A stretch of 29,314 bases of DNA, taken from positions 1 through 29,314 of IMG/VR virus record IMGVR_UViG_3300030430_001561. The stretch is one strand, 5' to 3'. Positions 8,732-17,321 of this stretch are shown piece after piece. The translations under genes were made by a program, and so were the position numbers. The DNA comes from a virus. Lineage: Duplodnaviria; Caudoviricetes. The first letter of the stretch is position 1, and each line of letters starts with the position of its first letter. The notes beneath the pieces were generated by a model that saw only the letters and a list, made by a program, of their open reading frames with translations, was not told where the DNA came from and made no database searches.

Positions 8732-8895
8732 TGGCAAAGAAGAAAGCCACCAAGAAGGGGCCGAAGCCCACTAACCCTGCTTTGTATAGCCGGGTGAAGG
8801 CGGAGGCCAAGCGAAAGTTTGATGTGTACCCATCTGCGTATGCAAATGCGTGGTTGGTTCGCACATACAAAAAGCGTGGCGGCGGATACCGATGA
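8731..8895 (+). CDS. Basic protein, 54 aa, DUF5872-like N-terminal half (MAKKKATKKGPKPTNPALYSRVKAEAKRKFDVYPSAYANAWLVRTYKKRGGGYR); not in the ORF track
   Basis: Hand-translated; P.NP.LY..VK..AK.KF..YPSAYA..WLV..YK.RGG.Y is a recognisable aquatic-virus motif; TAATG and ATGA coupling. Confidence 0.8.
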   Translation: MAKKKATKKGPKPTNPALYSRVKAEAKRKFDVYPSAYANAWLVRTYKKRGGGYR

Positions 8896-9380
8896 CTTGT
8901 GCAGCGTGCGAAAAGCGACAGGCTCAGGAGCAACGGCAACTCTCTGATTGCGAGAGCCGGTGCAAAGAAATGAGCATCAAGAACCAGAGACTGTCTCTGG
9001 CCTTGGCTGTCGTTGGCACGCTGGTTGGTAAGGAGTCTTTGGACTTCGCTCTCGGTCTTTCTTCAACCCTTGGGCAGATCGCTGCTGTAACCACTGATGA
9101 CACCATGGATTTTGCGGGGGTCGAGGTGACGGTTAGCCAAGGGCAAGAGACCGACCGAGGGGGCTGGAGAAGCAGTTCGGTCCCCTCGGTCGCTGCTCCA
9201 AGCCTGTTGTTCGCAGACTTGCCTGCCTTGACCCCGATGCTCATGCAGCCGGATGCCTTGCCGTTTGACGAGCCAATGGTGTTTGACTTCTTTACAGAGC
9301 AGCGGGCTTCGATTGTTCCAGCCAGCGGACTCGGTGTGCTGGGCATTGCTGGATTCTCACGATCACGGAGGCGAAAGTAA
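8892..9380 (+). CDS. Membrane protein with N-terminal Cys/coiled-coil region and C-terminal PEP-CTERM-like sorting tail, 162 aa
   Basis: Start ATG 8892 (ATGA overlap); MTCAAC...CESRC, hydrophobic LSLALAVVGTLVG, C-terminus IVPASGLGVLGIAGFSRSRRRK. Confidence 0.7.
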   Translation: MTCAACEKRQAQEQRQLSDCESRCKEMSIKNQRLSLALAVVGTLVGKESLDFALGLSSTLGQIAAVTTDDTMDFAGVEVTVSQGQETDRGGWRSSSVPSVAAPSLLFADLPALTPMLMQPDALPFDEPMVFDFFTEQRASIVPASGLGVLGIAGFSRSRRRK

Positions 9381-9631
9381 TGGCAAAGCCCAAAGGCGGA
9401 TTGACCAAATGGTTCAAGGAAGATTGGCGGGACATCAAGACCGGCAAGAAGTGCGGTCGTTCCGGCAAAGAAAAGTCGAGCCGTCCGTACCCGGCGTGCC
9501 GTCCAGCCAAGGTAGCAGCAAAGATGACAGCCGGAGAGAAGAGAGCCGCTGCTGCCCGCAAGACTGGACCTTCTCGTGTGACTTACGCCGTCACCGCCAG
9601 TGGTCGGCGTAGAAAGAAGAAGAAGAAATGA
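9380..9631 (+). CDS. Basic protein, 83 aa, DUF5872-like C-terminal half
   Basis: GGLTKWFKEDWRDIKTGKKCGR...PYPACRP motif; coupled both sides. Confidence 0.75.
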   Translation: MAKPKGGLTKWFKEDWRDIKTGKKCGRSGKEKSSRPYPACRPAKVAAKMTAGEKRAAAARKTGPSRVTYAVTASGRRRKKKKK

Positions 9632-9828
9632 TGGAAGCGTTTGACCAGTGGGCCACCCCGGCCTCGATTCTGATTGGCATCATCTTTGGTGCAGCCCAAG
9701 TCAAGGCTGCCATCGAGTCGCTGCGTCATGCCGTGGACCGGCTTGATCAGGCCGTTCGCCTGCTTGAGACCAGAACTCAAAGCGTCGAGCAGCGTATTGC
9801 CCGGTTGGAAGGAAAGGCCGAAGGATGA
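9628..9828 (+). CDS. Small membrane protein, one TM helix plus coiled coil (holin/antiholin-like), 66 aa
   Basis: PASILIGIIFGAA hydrophobic segment followed by heptad repeat ending RIARLEG; tandem Met-Met start. Confidence 0.6.
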   Translation: MMEAFDQWATPASILIGIIFGAAQVKAAIESLRHAVDRLDQAVRLLETRTQSVEQRIARLEGKAEG

Positions 9829-10295
9829 TGCGTTACCTGCCACTGGTGCTGATGCTGGGCTGCCAAACCACAGGCGGTGGTGGTATGGGTTTTACCTTGC
9901 CCCAGTTGGGGCTGGCCCCGGAGCAGGCGACGGACCCAGCGATTGCAGCACTGGAGCCGTTCCGATGGGCGGGTGCTTTGTGCTTGATGAGTGGGGCGGT
10001 GCTGCTGTTTATCAGCCGAGGTGTCAAGGGGTGGATACCGATGCTGACTGGTATTGGACTTATTGTCCTGAATGTATTGCTGGCGGAAGCCTTGACCTAT
10101 CTGTGGACTCTGGTGCTGATCATCGGAACAGTTGGGGTGGCAACGCTGGTTTTTGGAATCAACCTGAAGGATTTGAAACTATGTCGTATTCGTTCTCTGA
10201 TGTTCTTGCCGCCCTGCTCGTCGTGTCCGGGGCCTTCATCGCCGGAATGTGGGTTGGGCGACCAATCGTCGATTGGCTCAAAGCCAAAATCCTAA
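9825..10295 (+). CDS. Putative lipoprotein with three further TM helices, 156 aa
   Basis: MMRYLPLVLMLG-C lipobox-like start, Gly linker, three hydrophobic segments (WAGALCLMSGAVLLFI, WIPMLTGIGLIVLNVLLA, LWTLVLIIGTVGVATLVFGI), Cys/Pro/Ser tail. Confidence 0.65.
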   Translation: MMRYLPLVLMLGCQTTGGGGMGFTLPQLGLAPEQATDPAIAALEPFRWAGALCLMSGAVLLFISRGVKGWIPMLTGIGLIVLNVLLAEALTYLWTLVLIIGTVGVATLVFGINLKDLKLCRIRSLMFLPPCSSCPGPSSPECGLGDQSSIGSKPKS

Positions 10296-10309
10296 AGGAA
10301 CTTGACTGA
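10181..10309 (+). CDS. Small single-TM protein, 42 aa (MSYSFSDVLAALLVVSGAFIAGMWVGRPIVDWLKAKILKELD), overlapping the previous gene out of frame
   Basis: ATG 10181 with GAAGGA upstream; clean TM helix plus basic amphipathic tail; its TGA overlaps the fibre ATG (TGATG). Confidence 0.68.
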   Translation: MSYSFSDVLAALLVVSGAFIAGMWVGRPIVDWLKAKILKELD

Positions 10310-11778
10310 TGGCAGTAAAGATCCAACTGCGTCGAGGGACGCAAACTGAGTTCAACTCAGCCAACCCAACCTTGTTGGATGGTGAAGTTGCACTGGTGAC
10401 TGATGATAAGAAAATTATCATTGGTCCCGGTGCGTACAACGACCTGAACGCTGCGGGCAAGTTTATTAACTTTCACACCGATCAAGGTCTTGGCACGGTT
10501 GGTGGGGCCAACGGTACAAGTGAGATCCCCATCAAGTTGGTTGGGGCCAGCGGTCAAGCCGTTGCTGCTTTGCAGGTGCTTAAGAACGGCGGGTCCAACG
10601 GCATACTTGAGGTGTTTACTGACAACACCACTGAACTGGTCAAGATCAACGGTGCTGACGGTGCGGTTGATGACATCTCGCTTTTGCTCAAAGCCAAAGC
10701 CAGTCAGACCGCTGCTGTCGTTGAAGTTCAAAGTTCTGATCAAACGACACCCCGCTTTCAAGTTAAGGAAGAGGGCCAAACACTTATTCAGCCAAATGAC
10801 ACCACGGACGTATCACTGGACGTTCGCGGTTCTTCTGGGTCGCAAAGCAGTGGCATCATGCGTGTGCGTCAAGGTAGCAATGACGTATTGGTTGTGAAGT
10901 CTGATGGCGTAGAGTCAGAGCAAACCGTGACCGTTGACGGTGCTAGCATCATCGCACAGGTTGAGGACACCGCCGCATCTAACGTGACCATCACTGCATC
11001 TGCAACCGACTCGGACAAGGTCGTAACTGTCGATGGCAACAGCGGAACTGAGAACCTGTCAATCACCGCAGGTGGTGCTATCGCCACCAACGGAGCCGTA
11101 ACGTCAGAAGGCAAAGGCACGTTTGCAGATGCTGAAATTGATGTGACTGGACGTTCGCTTGGTGTTGCCAGTGTGATGCGTCGGGATGAGATTCTTGCAG
11201 ATTTACAAGCATTCAAGTTGTACGAATACAACGTCACTGGCACTGGGGCCGCACAAAAAATTCAAAAACTGTCAACCACCGATGGTACTCCGGTGAGTGT
11301 TGTAAACCCCTCCAACCTTTTGTCCACTGCGGTTGTAACCAGTTCTGGATCTGAGTCGGATACAGATCCAGACATGAAAGATACGCCGGGCAGTTCTGTT
11401 TTTCCGGCAATTAAACTGGTATCGGGAGAGTCGCTTTTGCTTAAAGTGAATCAAACTGCGACAGCGACCTCTCCGTCTAATGCTACCTCGCGAGTCCAAA
11501 TAAACTCTTACACGTCCGATAGCCTTGCGTCTGGTGTGAAAACCACGATTAGGGACGAAACAAATACTAGTTCTGGATCTGCACCCCTAAGCGTTGTTCA
11601 TGCCGTGACAAACACAAGCGGGTCGGATCGCTTTATTGCTGTTGCGTCTGGGGGGTCGGGTTTTAATTCGGGGGCTGCCAGTGCACTTGTAGGTCAAGTG
11701 TTTATCTGCAAAATGGTGACGACTTTGTTGTCAACGGAGAGGGGATCCTCTGCTTTTGAAATTACTGTTCTGTCCTGA
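10309..11778 (+). CDS. Tail fibre/spike with Mtd_N (hyaluronidase-N-like) anchor domain, 489 aa
   Basis: MAVKIQLRRGT..EF.SANPTL.DGE.A..TD.....IG is the characteristic Mtd N-terminal pattern; remainder Ser/Thr/Gly beta-repeat shaft and a distinct C-terminal domain. Confidence 0.82.
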   Translation: MAVKIQLRRGTQTEFNSANPTLLDGEVALVTDDKKIIIGPGAYNDLNAAGKFINFHTDQGLGTVGGANGTSEIPIKLVGASGQAVAALQVLKNGGSNGILEVFTDNTTELVKINGADGAVDDISLLLKAKASQTAAVVEVQSSDQTTPRFQVKEEGQTLIQPNDTTDVSLDVRGSSGSQSSGIMRVRQGSNDVLVVKSDGVESEQTVTVDGASIIAQVEDTAASNVTITASATDSDKVVTVDGNSGTENLSITAGGAIATNGAVTSEGKGTFADAEIDVTGRSLGVASVMRRDEILADLQAFKLYEYNVTGTGAAQKIQKLSTTDGTPVSVVNPSNLLSTAVVTSSGSESDTDPDMKDTPGSSVFPAIKLVSGESLLLKVNQTATATSPSNATSRVQINSYTSDSLASGVKTTIRDETNTSSGSAPLSVVHAVTNTSGSDRFIAVASGGSGFNSGAASALVGQVFICKMVTTLLSTERGSSAFEITVLS

Positions 11779-14390
11779 TGCCGTACTCTCGCCTCCCCAT
11801 CCCGATTCAAGGTCTTACCGACTCGTTGTCCTTCCGCCAAGCGGCAGAGGGTTTTACGAAGCGGTGCAAGAACGTGTTTCCGTTCGACGCATTTGACAAC
11901 AAGCGTCGAGTGGGTACGCGGCAGGGGTTCTTGCAACTTGCCAAACCCGGATCGACAATTCAAGGAATGATTTCAACGGAATCATTTGTGACGGCGAGTG
12001 ATGATTCAACCTCGATCGACAGGCAGTTGATCTATGTCGTAGACGGCAAAATTTTTGTGACCAATCTTTCTGCCAACCCTGTGCAGGCAACAGCAGTATC
12101 CTCAACATCTCGCAACGCCTTTGACGCAGAATACGATAGCGAAAGCACCGACCTTACCAAGCAGCCACGAGGCACGGCAAACACTGCCAGTGGTAGTCAA
12201 GTGGTTGAGGCTTTGCCTGATTTTACTGGCGGTGATTCTAGTTCAAACCAAGTTTTCAGCACAACTGCTTCTGTTGAAATGGCTGTGATGAAGCATGTCG
12301 GTCGAGCCGACGAAATCGCATCGGGCGCACAAAGAGCGGCTGGCAAGATAACCCTCGACAGCAATCTTGCTGACGGTGAAACCATTACCATTATTGACAC
12401 TGCGGGCACATCAAAGGCTTACGTTGCAAGATCCTCTGCGTCCTCGGCGTTGGAGTTTGCCATTGGCGCAGACGCTACCGCAACTGCAACCAACCTTGCC
12501 ACAAAGATTGAAAGTGCAGACGGTCACAACGGCACAATCATTGTCGAACGAGACAGCAGCCCCGATGGCGACATTTACATCACTCAAAGGGAAGCGGGTA
12601 TTGCTGGCAACACGACTATCAGTGATGGTGGGTCTGGCAACATTTCGCTGGTGCAGTTTGCAGGTGGGCTGGACGCGGCTCCACACAACTACGTTTACAT
12701 GACGGACGGCACGAAGTATGTCAAGGTTGACGTAAGCGTAACCCCTGCCAAGGTTAGCCAATGGATTGGCCCATACAAGACAGTTGTTGCCAGCAACAAG
12801 CGTGCCAAGTTGATTCAGTCGTTTGGCCCTAGAATGGTGTTGTCCGGCATTGACACCGCCCCAACCAACTGGTTCTTTAGCAAGATCAACGACCCATTTG
12901 ATTGGACCCCCGGCAGTGGCTCTGATCTTCTGGTCGATGCCTTGGCGGGTTCATCAGGTACAAAGTTTGGTCAGATTGGCGACAACATCAAAGCACTTGT
13001 CCCGGTAGGCACTAACAGCCTCGTGTTTGGCTGCACCAACTCTATGGTCATGATGACCGGAGATCCAGCGTTTACTGATGTCAAATTCCGTTCCATATCC
13101 AGAACCGTTGGCGTACTTGGCCCAAGAGCGTTTACTCCGGTTGGCGAGATGTCCAGTCTTATTGCATCTACCGAGGGCGTGTTCGGCATTGACCCCAACA
13201 CGTTTGACATCGAAAGAGGGGCAAGGGTAAGCAAGGATCGGCTAGACGGGTTGTTTGCAAGACTTGACTTTGAAAATACCAACATTGTCATGGGTTACGA
13301 CGATGCCAGAAGTGTTGCTCTTATGGCGGTGACAAAGACTGATGACGAATCGTCAAGTGAAATCTTTGCCTTGGATATGTCAAATGGCGGTTGGTGGCAG
13401 TGGCAAATTGCTACGTCTTCCATGCGAGGAATCAACTCTATCGTGAGTTTCCGACCCACGATCAGCGACCGATCTGCACCGTTGCTGGGAACGACACAAG
13501 GCCATTTGTTGTCACAACCAGAAGGCGTTGTTCTGCACCAAGACGGTGCTACTGACAGTAGTGTCGGATTTACATCTTCGTTTGCTCCGTCCACCGACGA
13601 AGGCACGGACATAGATTCCGAGTTGGTGATTGGGCCAATAAACAGCGACCCTTCACGGCGGATCCTGCTTAAAGATGTCAGGATTATTCTTGGTGAAAAA
13701 ACGGAATCCGACACGGACACTCTTGAGAGTGGCCCGTTTATGTCGTTGCTGTTTGGCGACACGGCGCAGAACGCTATTGGGTTTACGTCGGGTGGTAATT
13801 TGACCACCACCAATACTGTGATTGACGGTGGAACGTCTGCTACAAGCGGGTTTGACACAGCCCTGCTTGGCGTAAACCCACTTGATGGTGGTGATGTTGG
13901 CGAATCTACTGGTGACCAAGACAGCGATTACACGGCTATTCTTTGGGGCGGCTTGGCTTTTGACGCAGACGGAACGTATGTTCCAAATACTACAGGCACA
14001 CTGCTGAACAACACCGTGTTCTCAGGGCCGAGTAACTGGACATTGACACGAACAACAGCAGGCAAATGGCAGTTGAAGAATGGTGGAGTGGCATACTACG
14101 AAACGGAAAATGTTGTCTCTGGTTTGCCAACCACGATTCGCCTCAATCAAGACTCAACTCCGCCTTACTTGCCTGCAACAGGACATGTTGGAACTCTGGT
14201 TACCACTGGATTTGCAGAGGCACAGTCAACCTCAAACGTACAACTGGCTCGTGGTCGTTCCACAGCCAAACGCTCCAGAACCCGTGCGAGCGACATATTT
14301 GTAAAGATCGGCGCGAACTCACGCGCATGGGCATTGGAGGATGTCTCCGTTGATGTAGAGGACGGCGGACCCGTCAGGAGTGTTTCGTAA
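11778..14390 (+). CDS. Tail nozzle / DNA stabilisation protein (P22 gp10 / T7 gp12-like beta-propeller), 870 aa
   Basis: N-terminal LPIPIQGL...NVFP...GTRQGF; propeller motifs (WFFSKINDP.DW, IGDNIKALVP, ISRTVGVLGPRAF, S.EGVF); position before the ejection proteins. Confidence 0.78.
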   Translation: MPYSRLPIPIQGLTDSLSFRQAAEGFTKRCKNVFPFDAFDNKRRVGTRQGFLQLAKPGSTIQGMISTESFVTASDDSTSIDRQLIYVVDGKIFVTNLSANPVQATAVSSTSRNAFDAEYDSESTDLTKQPRGTANTASGSQVVEALPDFTGGDSSSNQVFSTTASVEMAVMKHVGRADEIASGAQRAAGKITLDSNLADGETITIIDTAGTSKAYVARSSASSALEFAIGADATATATNLATKIESADGHNGTIIVERDSSPDGDIYITQREAGIAGNTTISDGGSGNISLVQFAGGLDAAPHNYVYMTDGTKYVKVDVSVTPAKVSQWIGPYKTVVASNKRAKLIQSFGPRMVLSGIDTAPTNWFFSKINDPFDWTPGSGSDLLVDALAGSSGTKFGQIGDNIKALVPVGTNSLVFGCTNSMVMMTGDPAFTDVKFRSISRTVGVLGPRAFTPVGEMSSLIASTEGVFGIDPNTFDIERGARVSKDRLDGLFARLDFENTNIVMGYDDARSVALMAVTKTDDESSSEIFALDMSNGGWWQWQIATSSMRGINSIVSFRPTISDRSAPLLGTTQGHLLSQPEGVVLHQDGATDSSVGFTSSFAPSTDEGTDIDSELVIGPINSDPSRRILLKDVRIILGEKTESDTDTLESGPFMSLLFGDTAQNAIGFTSGGNLTTTNTVIDGGTSATSGFDTALLGVNPLDGGDVGESTGDQDSDYTAILWGGLAFDADGTYVPNTTGTLLNNTVFSGPSNWTLTRTTAGKWQLKNGGVAYYETENVVSGLPTTIRLNQDSTPPYLPATGHVGTLVTTGFAEAQSTSNVQLARGRSTAKRSRTRASDIFVKIGANSRAWALEDVSVDVEDGGPVRSVS

Positions 14391-15202
14391 TGGGACTTAG
14401 CGATTTATTTGGCGATGAGGCTGACCGCGACAGAGCAATGCGTCGGGCCTTTGAAGAATACAAGACCGAGATGACGCAGTATCTAGCGGACTTCGAGGTT
14501 CGGTTTGGCGACATTATTTCGATGGTCGAGTCAGATCGAGACGTTGATATTGAAGCATTTACCCAAGGGTTCCAATCAGCAATCGACAACTATCAGGAGG
14601 GTGTCATTGACCAACTGGCGGCAGGGTTTGGGGAAGCACGGGGCCTCATGGAGCAAGGGTTTGACCAAACCCTCCAAGACATCGAACGGGCATCAGAGGC
14701 GGCGAGCCTCCGCTCGTTGGCACAAGGGGCGTTGTCGGGCGTGTCTGGGACAGCATTTGGACAGGCGCAGACTGAAGCAATCCGTGCCGAAGGTGAGAGG
14801 GAACGCAGGCGAGCGGATGAATCGTTCCGTCGAGAGATGTCCAATCTTGCTCTTAGCGAGGCTGGGGCGTTAGCCGAAGCAGAGGGCAATATGACCAACC
14901 TGATGGTGCAACGCACCACAGGGGAAAGTGATCTGAGACGGGCGTACACCGCATCAATTAGTGGCCTGCAATCTACGCTGGCTCAATCCTTGCTTGGTGG
15001 CGGTCAAAGCATCGCACAGGCTGGGTTTGACACTGGCATGGCTCGTGCGCAGAACATTGGATCTGGCTTCAACCTTGGGCAAGTATTGGTCGGAGCCGGT
15101 CTTGCCGCTGCCACTGGCGGGATTGGCGGAGCGTTGGGTCTCAGTGGTGCGGCAGTCAAAGGTCTGACAGCAGGCGTGGCATCAGGAGCGATGAATCAAT
15201 GA
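14390..15202 (+). CDS. Putative DNA ejection/pilot protein, 270 aa
   Basis: MGLSDLFG start, Ala/Gln helical body, Gly/Ala hydrophobic C-terminus; position after nozzle as for P22 gp7-type proteins. Confidence 0.6.
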   Translation: MGLSDLFGDEADRDRAMRRAFEEYKTEMTQYLADFEVRFGDIISMVESDRDVDIEAFTQGFQSAIDNYQEGVIDQLAAGFGEARGLMEQGFDQTLQDIERASEAASLRSLAQGALSGVSGTAFGQAQTEAIRAEGERERRRADESFRREMSNLALSEAGALAEAEGNMTNLMVQRTTGESDLRRAYTASISGLQSTLAQSLLGGGQSIAQAGFDTGMARAQNIGSGFNLGQVLVGAGLAAATGGIGGALGLSGAAVKGLTAGVASGAMNQ

Positions 15203-15909
15203 GCAACTTTAACTACATGGACATGGCAAAAGACCAGTTTCGACAAAAAATCGAAACCACCAAGGCACTTGAAGAGCAAAAGGCTGAGTTCGAGAAGAAA
15301 GCAGAAAAGCGAGGCAAAAGAAAAGCCAAACGAAAAGAGCAGCGTGCAACCATGTTTGCAGGGGCTGTCGAGGCATTTGCTGCCGGTTTGCAAGCAGAGG
15401 GCCTTCGCCGACACAAAATGGGCTTGAGTGGTGCTGGGTTTGCTGAGGCATTTGCTGCTGGTGTTGGGGATGTTGTGGATTTTAGCAAACTGCAACGTGC
15501 TAGAAAAAGGTCAGCCATTGCTCAAAAGTTGGGATTTGTGCCTGCCGAAAGCGATTCAGTAGAGAAAGATTTGGTGGCTCTTGTCAATGCTTTGACGAAA
15601 GGTGAGGCCACGAAAAATTCACAAATGGCTGTAGACCCGAAGATTGATGTTGAAGTCGATGGTGCTGAAGATAAACCCGGACCATTTGAGTCGCCCCAAG
15701 AAGGTGGCGTGACCGAACCAACTGACCAAGAAATGTTGAATAAGGCTGCGGGTGAAAATCAAACGCCCAAGACTCAAAAAACAGACAGCCCCGTTCTCAA
15801 CAACATATTGACCCCTGAAGAGATTGCGTCCATGGGCCTGCAAGAAGAATCTCCGGGGGTGTTTGTAGACTTCACCGGACAGGTGGTAGACGTAAGGAAG
15901 CCTAAGTAA
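15199..15909 (+). CDS. Putative internal virion/ejection protein, 236 aa
   Basis: Basic coiled coil, Ala/Gly amphipathic segments, acidic disordered tail; coupled in the ejection cluster. Confidence 0.5.
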   Translation: MSNFNYMDMAKDQFRQKIETTKALEEQKAEFEKKAEKRGKRKAKRKEQRATMFAGAVEAFAAGLQAEGLRRHKMGLSGAGFAEAFAAGVGDVVDFSKLQRARKRSAIAQKLGFVPAESDSVEKDLVALVNALTKGEATKNSQMAVDPKIDVEVDGAEDKPGPFESPQEGGVTEPTDQEMLNKAAGENQTPKTQKTDSPVLNNILTPEEIASMGLQEESPGVFVDFTGQVVDVRKPK

Positions 15910-17321
15910 TGAGTCAGTTCAATTACCCCAAGACGGAAATGGGCAACCTGTTGCGTAACGGATTTGCCAACCGCAAGCGTTCTGAGACGTTGGCTGGTGA
16001 CAAACAACTCGCGTCTAACAACCCACTCGATTCGTACAAAGCCCTGTCGGACGGCAACTACAAGGGCCTTGAGGGCATCCAGTACGGCACTGCTGGCGGT
16101 TTGCCCGCAGCCATGATGCCTGACGGTCACGTTGTTCTTATTAGTGAAGGCGAAATGATTGCCGGTGTGCAGCAACGCGAGAAGCGTCGGCGGCAAATGG
16201 TTGAAACCATGGCTGACGAAATAGACCGCCGCGAGTTCGGCAAGAAATACAAAGGTCACTACGACAGCACGCTAGAGACGATGGAGATTGACGATGCCAC
16301 TGCCGGTCTTCTTCAAGCCCGGTACGAGGCAGACCCCGGCTCGGCCATCAACTTCTTGACCAAATACAAAATTGACGATGCGGATGAAGTCAAGCGAATG
16401 CAGCGTGACCTTGCCAAAGAACAGCAAGAGCAGTTGTACGCACGCCGAGTTAGTCGTGTCACAGCGTTTGGCAAATTGATGGAAGAATCGTCTGTTGGTA
16501 CTCCAAGCCAAGTTGCATCACGAAAGTCAGCCGCTGCAATGTTGCCCGGCCACTCCTTACGCTTGGCTCAGGTTGGGGCAGACGCTTCATCGTTCTACCT
16601 GCAAGACGATGCTGCTTTGACTGAATTGACCAGCATCACATCCTTGCTCAACGAGGGCGTGGTCAAAACCGCACGCGATGCGTTTATCAACCACGGTGAC
16701 GCACCAGACACCTTTGTTGACAACCAAGCGTTTGCACCTTTGCGTGATGCGTTGACCCAATTGTCTAGTCAGATGGGCGTGACCTTTGATCCAACCACAG
16801 TTGGGCTGGCAATGGTGATGCGTGACTCGGTTGGTCCAGACGTACGCAACACCCCCGTGTATCAAAGCCTGTTCTCAACAAGCGTCAGCCAGCAAGTTGA
16901 AGCCATCGGTGTACCACCAGTCACCGAAGAATTCTCAGACATGGTAAGGCAGGTCCAGCGAGACGAGTCCACTTTCTCGTCTGCTCAAATCCGTGAAATT
17001 TCTCTTCGGGACCAGATGTCGCGACTTGGCGTGCTTGCTCGCAATTTCTTGATCGCACAAGGTCGTGGTGGCGAAATTACCAACAGTGCAGTTGGGGATA
17101 TCAACACTTTGTTCCAAGCGGTGCTGGACAATGACCCGGTTGCTCAGGCCACCGTGTCCCAAGTTCTTGGACAAGACGCACGAAAAATTGCTGCCGACTA
17201 CCTTCAAGGTGGGGACTTGCCCGGCACGTTTGATGCTAGGCTTCCATCGACTACTGAAAGTGATCAAAAGCCTAAAGGAAAAGTGGTTCAGCCATTCGGA
17301 CCGAGGTCACGGCCTAAATGA
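15909..17321 (+). CDS. Putative internal virion/ejection protein, 470 aa
   Basis: Helical protein coupled (TAATG, ATGA) between ejection genes and the giant protein; no catalytic motif recognised. Confidence 0.5.
   Translation: MSQFNYPKTEMGNLLRNGFANRKRSETLAGDKQLASNNPLDSYKALSDGNYKGLEGIQYGTAGGLPAAMMPDGHVVLISEGEMIAGVQQREKRRRQMVETMADEIDRREFGKKYKGHYDSTLETMEIDDATAGLLQARYEADPGSAINFLTKYKIDDADEVKRMQRDLAKEQQEQLYARRVSRVTAFGKLMEESSVGTPSQVASRKSAAAMLPGHSLRLAQVGADASSFYLQDDAALTELTSITSLLNEGVVKTARDAFINHGDAPDTFVDNQAFAPLRDALTQLSSQMGVTFDPTTVGLAMVMRDSVGPDVRNTPVYQSLFSTSVSQQVEAIGVPPVTEEFSDMVRQVQRDESTFSSAQIREISLRDQMSRLGVLARNFLIAQGRGGEITNSAVGDINTLFQAVLDNDPVAQATVSQVLGQDARKIAADYLQGGDLPGTFDARLPSTTESDQKPKGKVVQPFGPRSRPK

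Noticed and set aside
8850-8891. TTG start for the PEP-CTERM-like gene
   Set aside because: Lies inside the 54-aa DUF5872-like ORF; ATG 8892 gives an ATGA overlap.
9674-10180. Upstream part of the 211-aa ORF 9674..10309
   Set aside because: Shadow frame over two coupled membrane genes; only the part from ATG 10181 has an RBS and a coherent TM helix.
10309-11778. Diversity-generating retroelement suggested by the Mtd_N domain
   Set aside because: Mtd_N is only an anchor domain; no reverse transcriptase, no C-type-lectin variable region and no TR/VR repeat pair were seen in the window.
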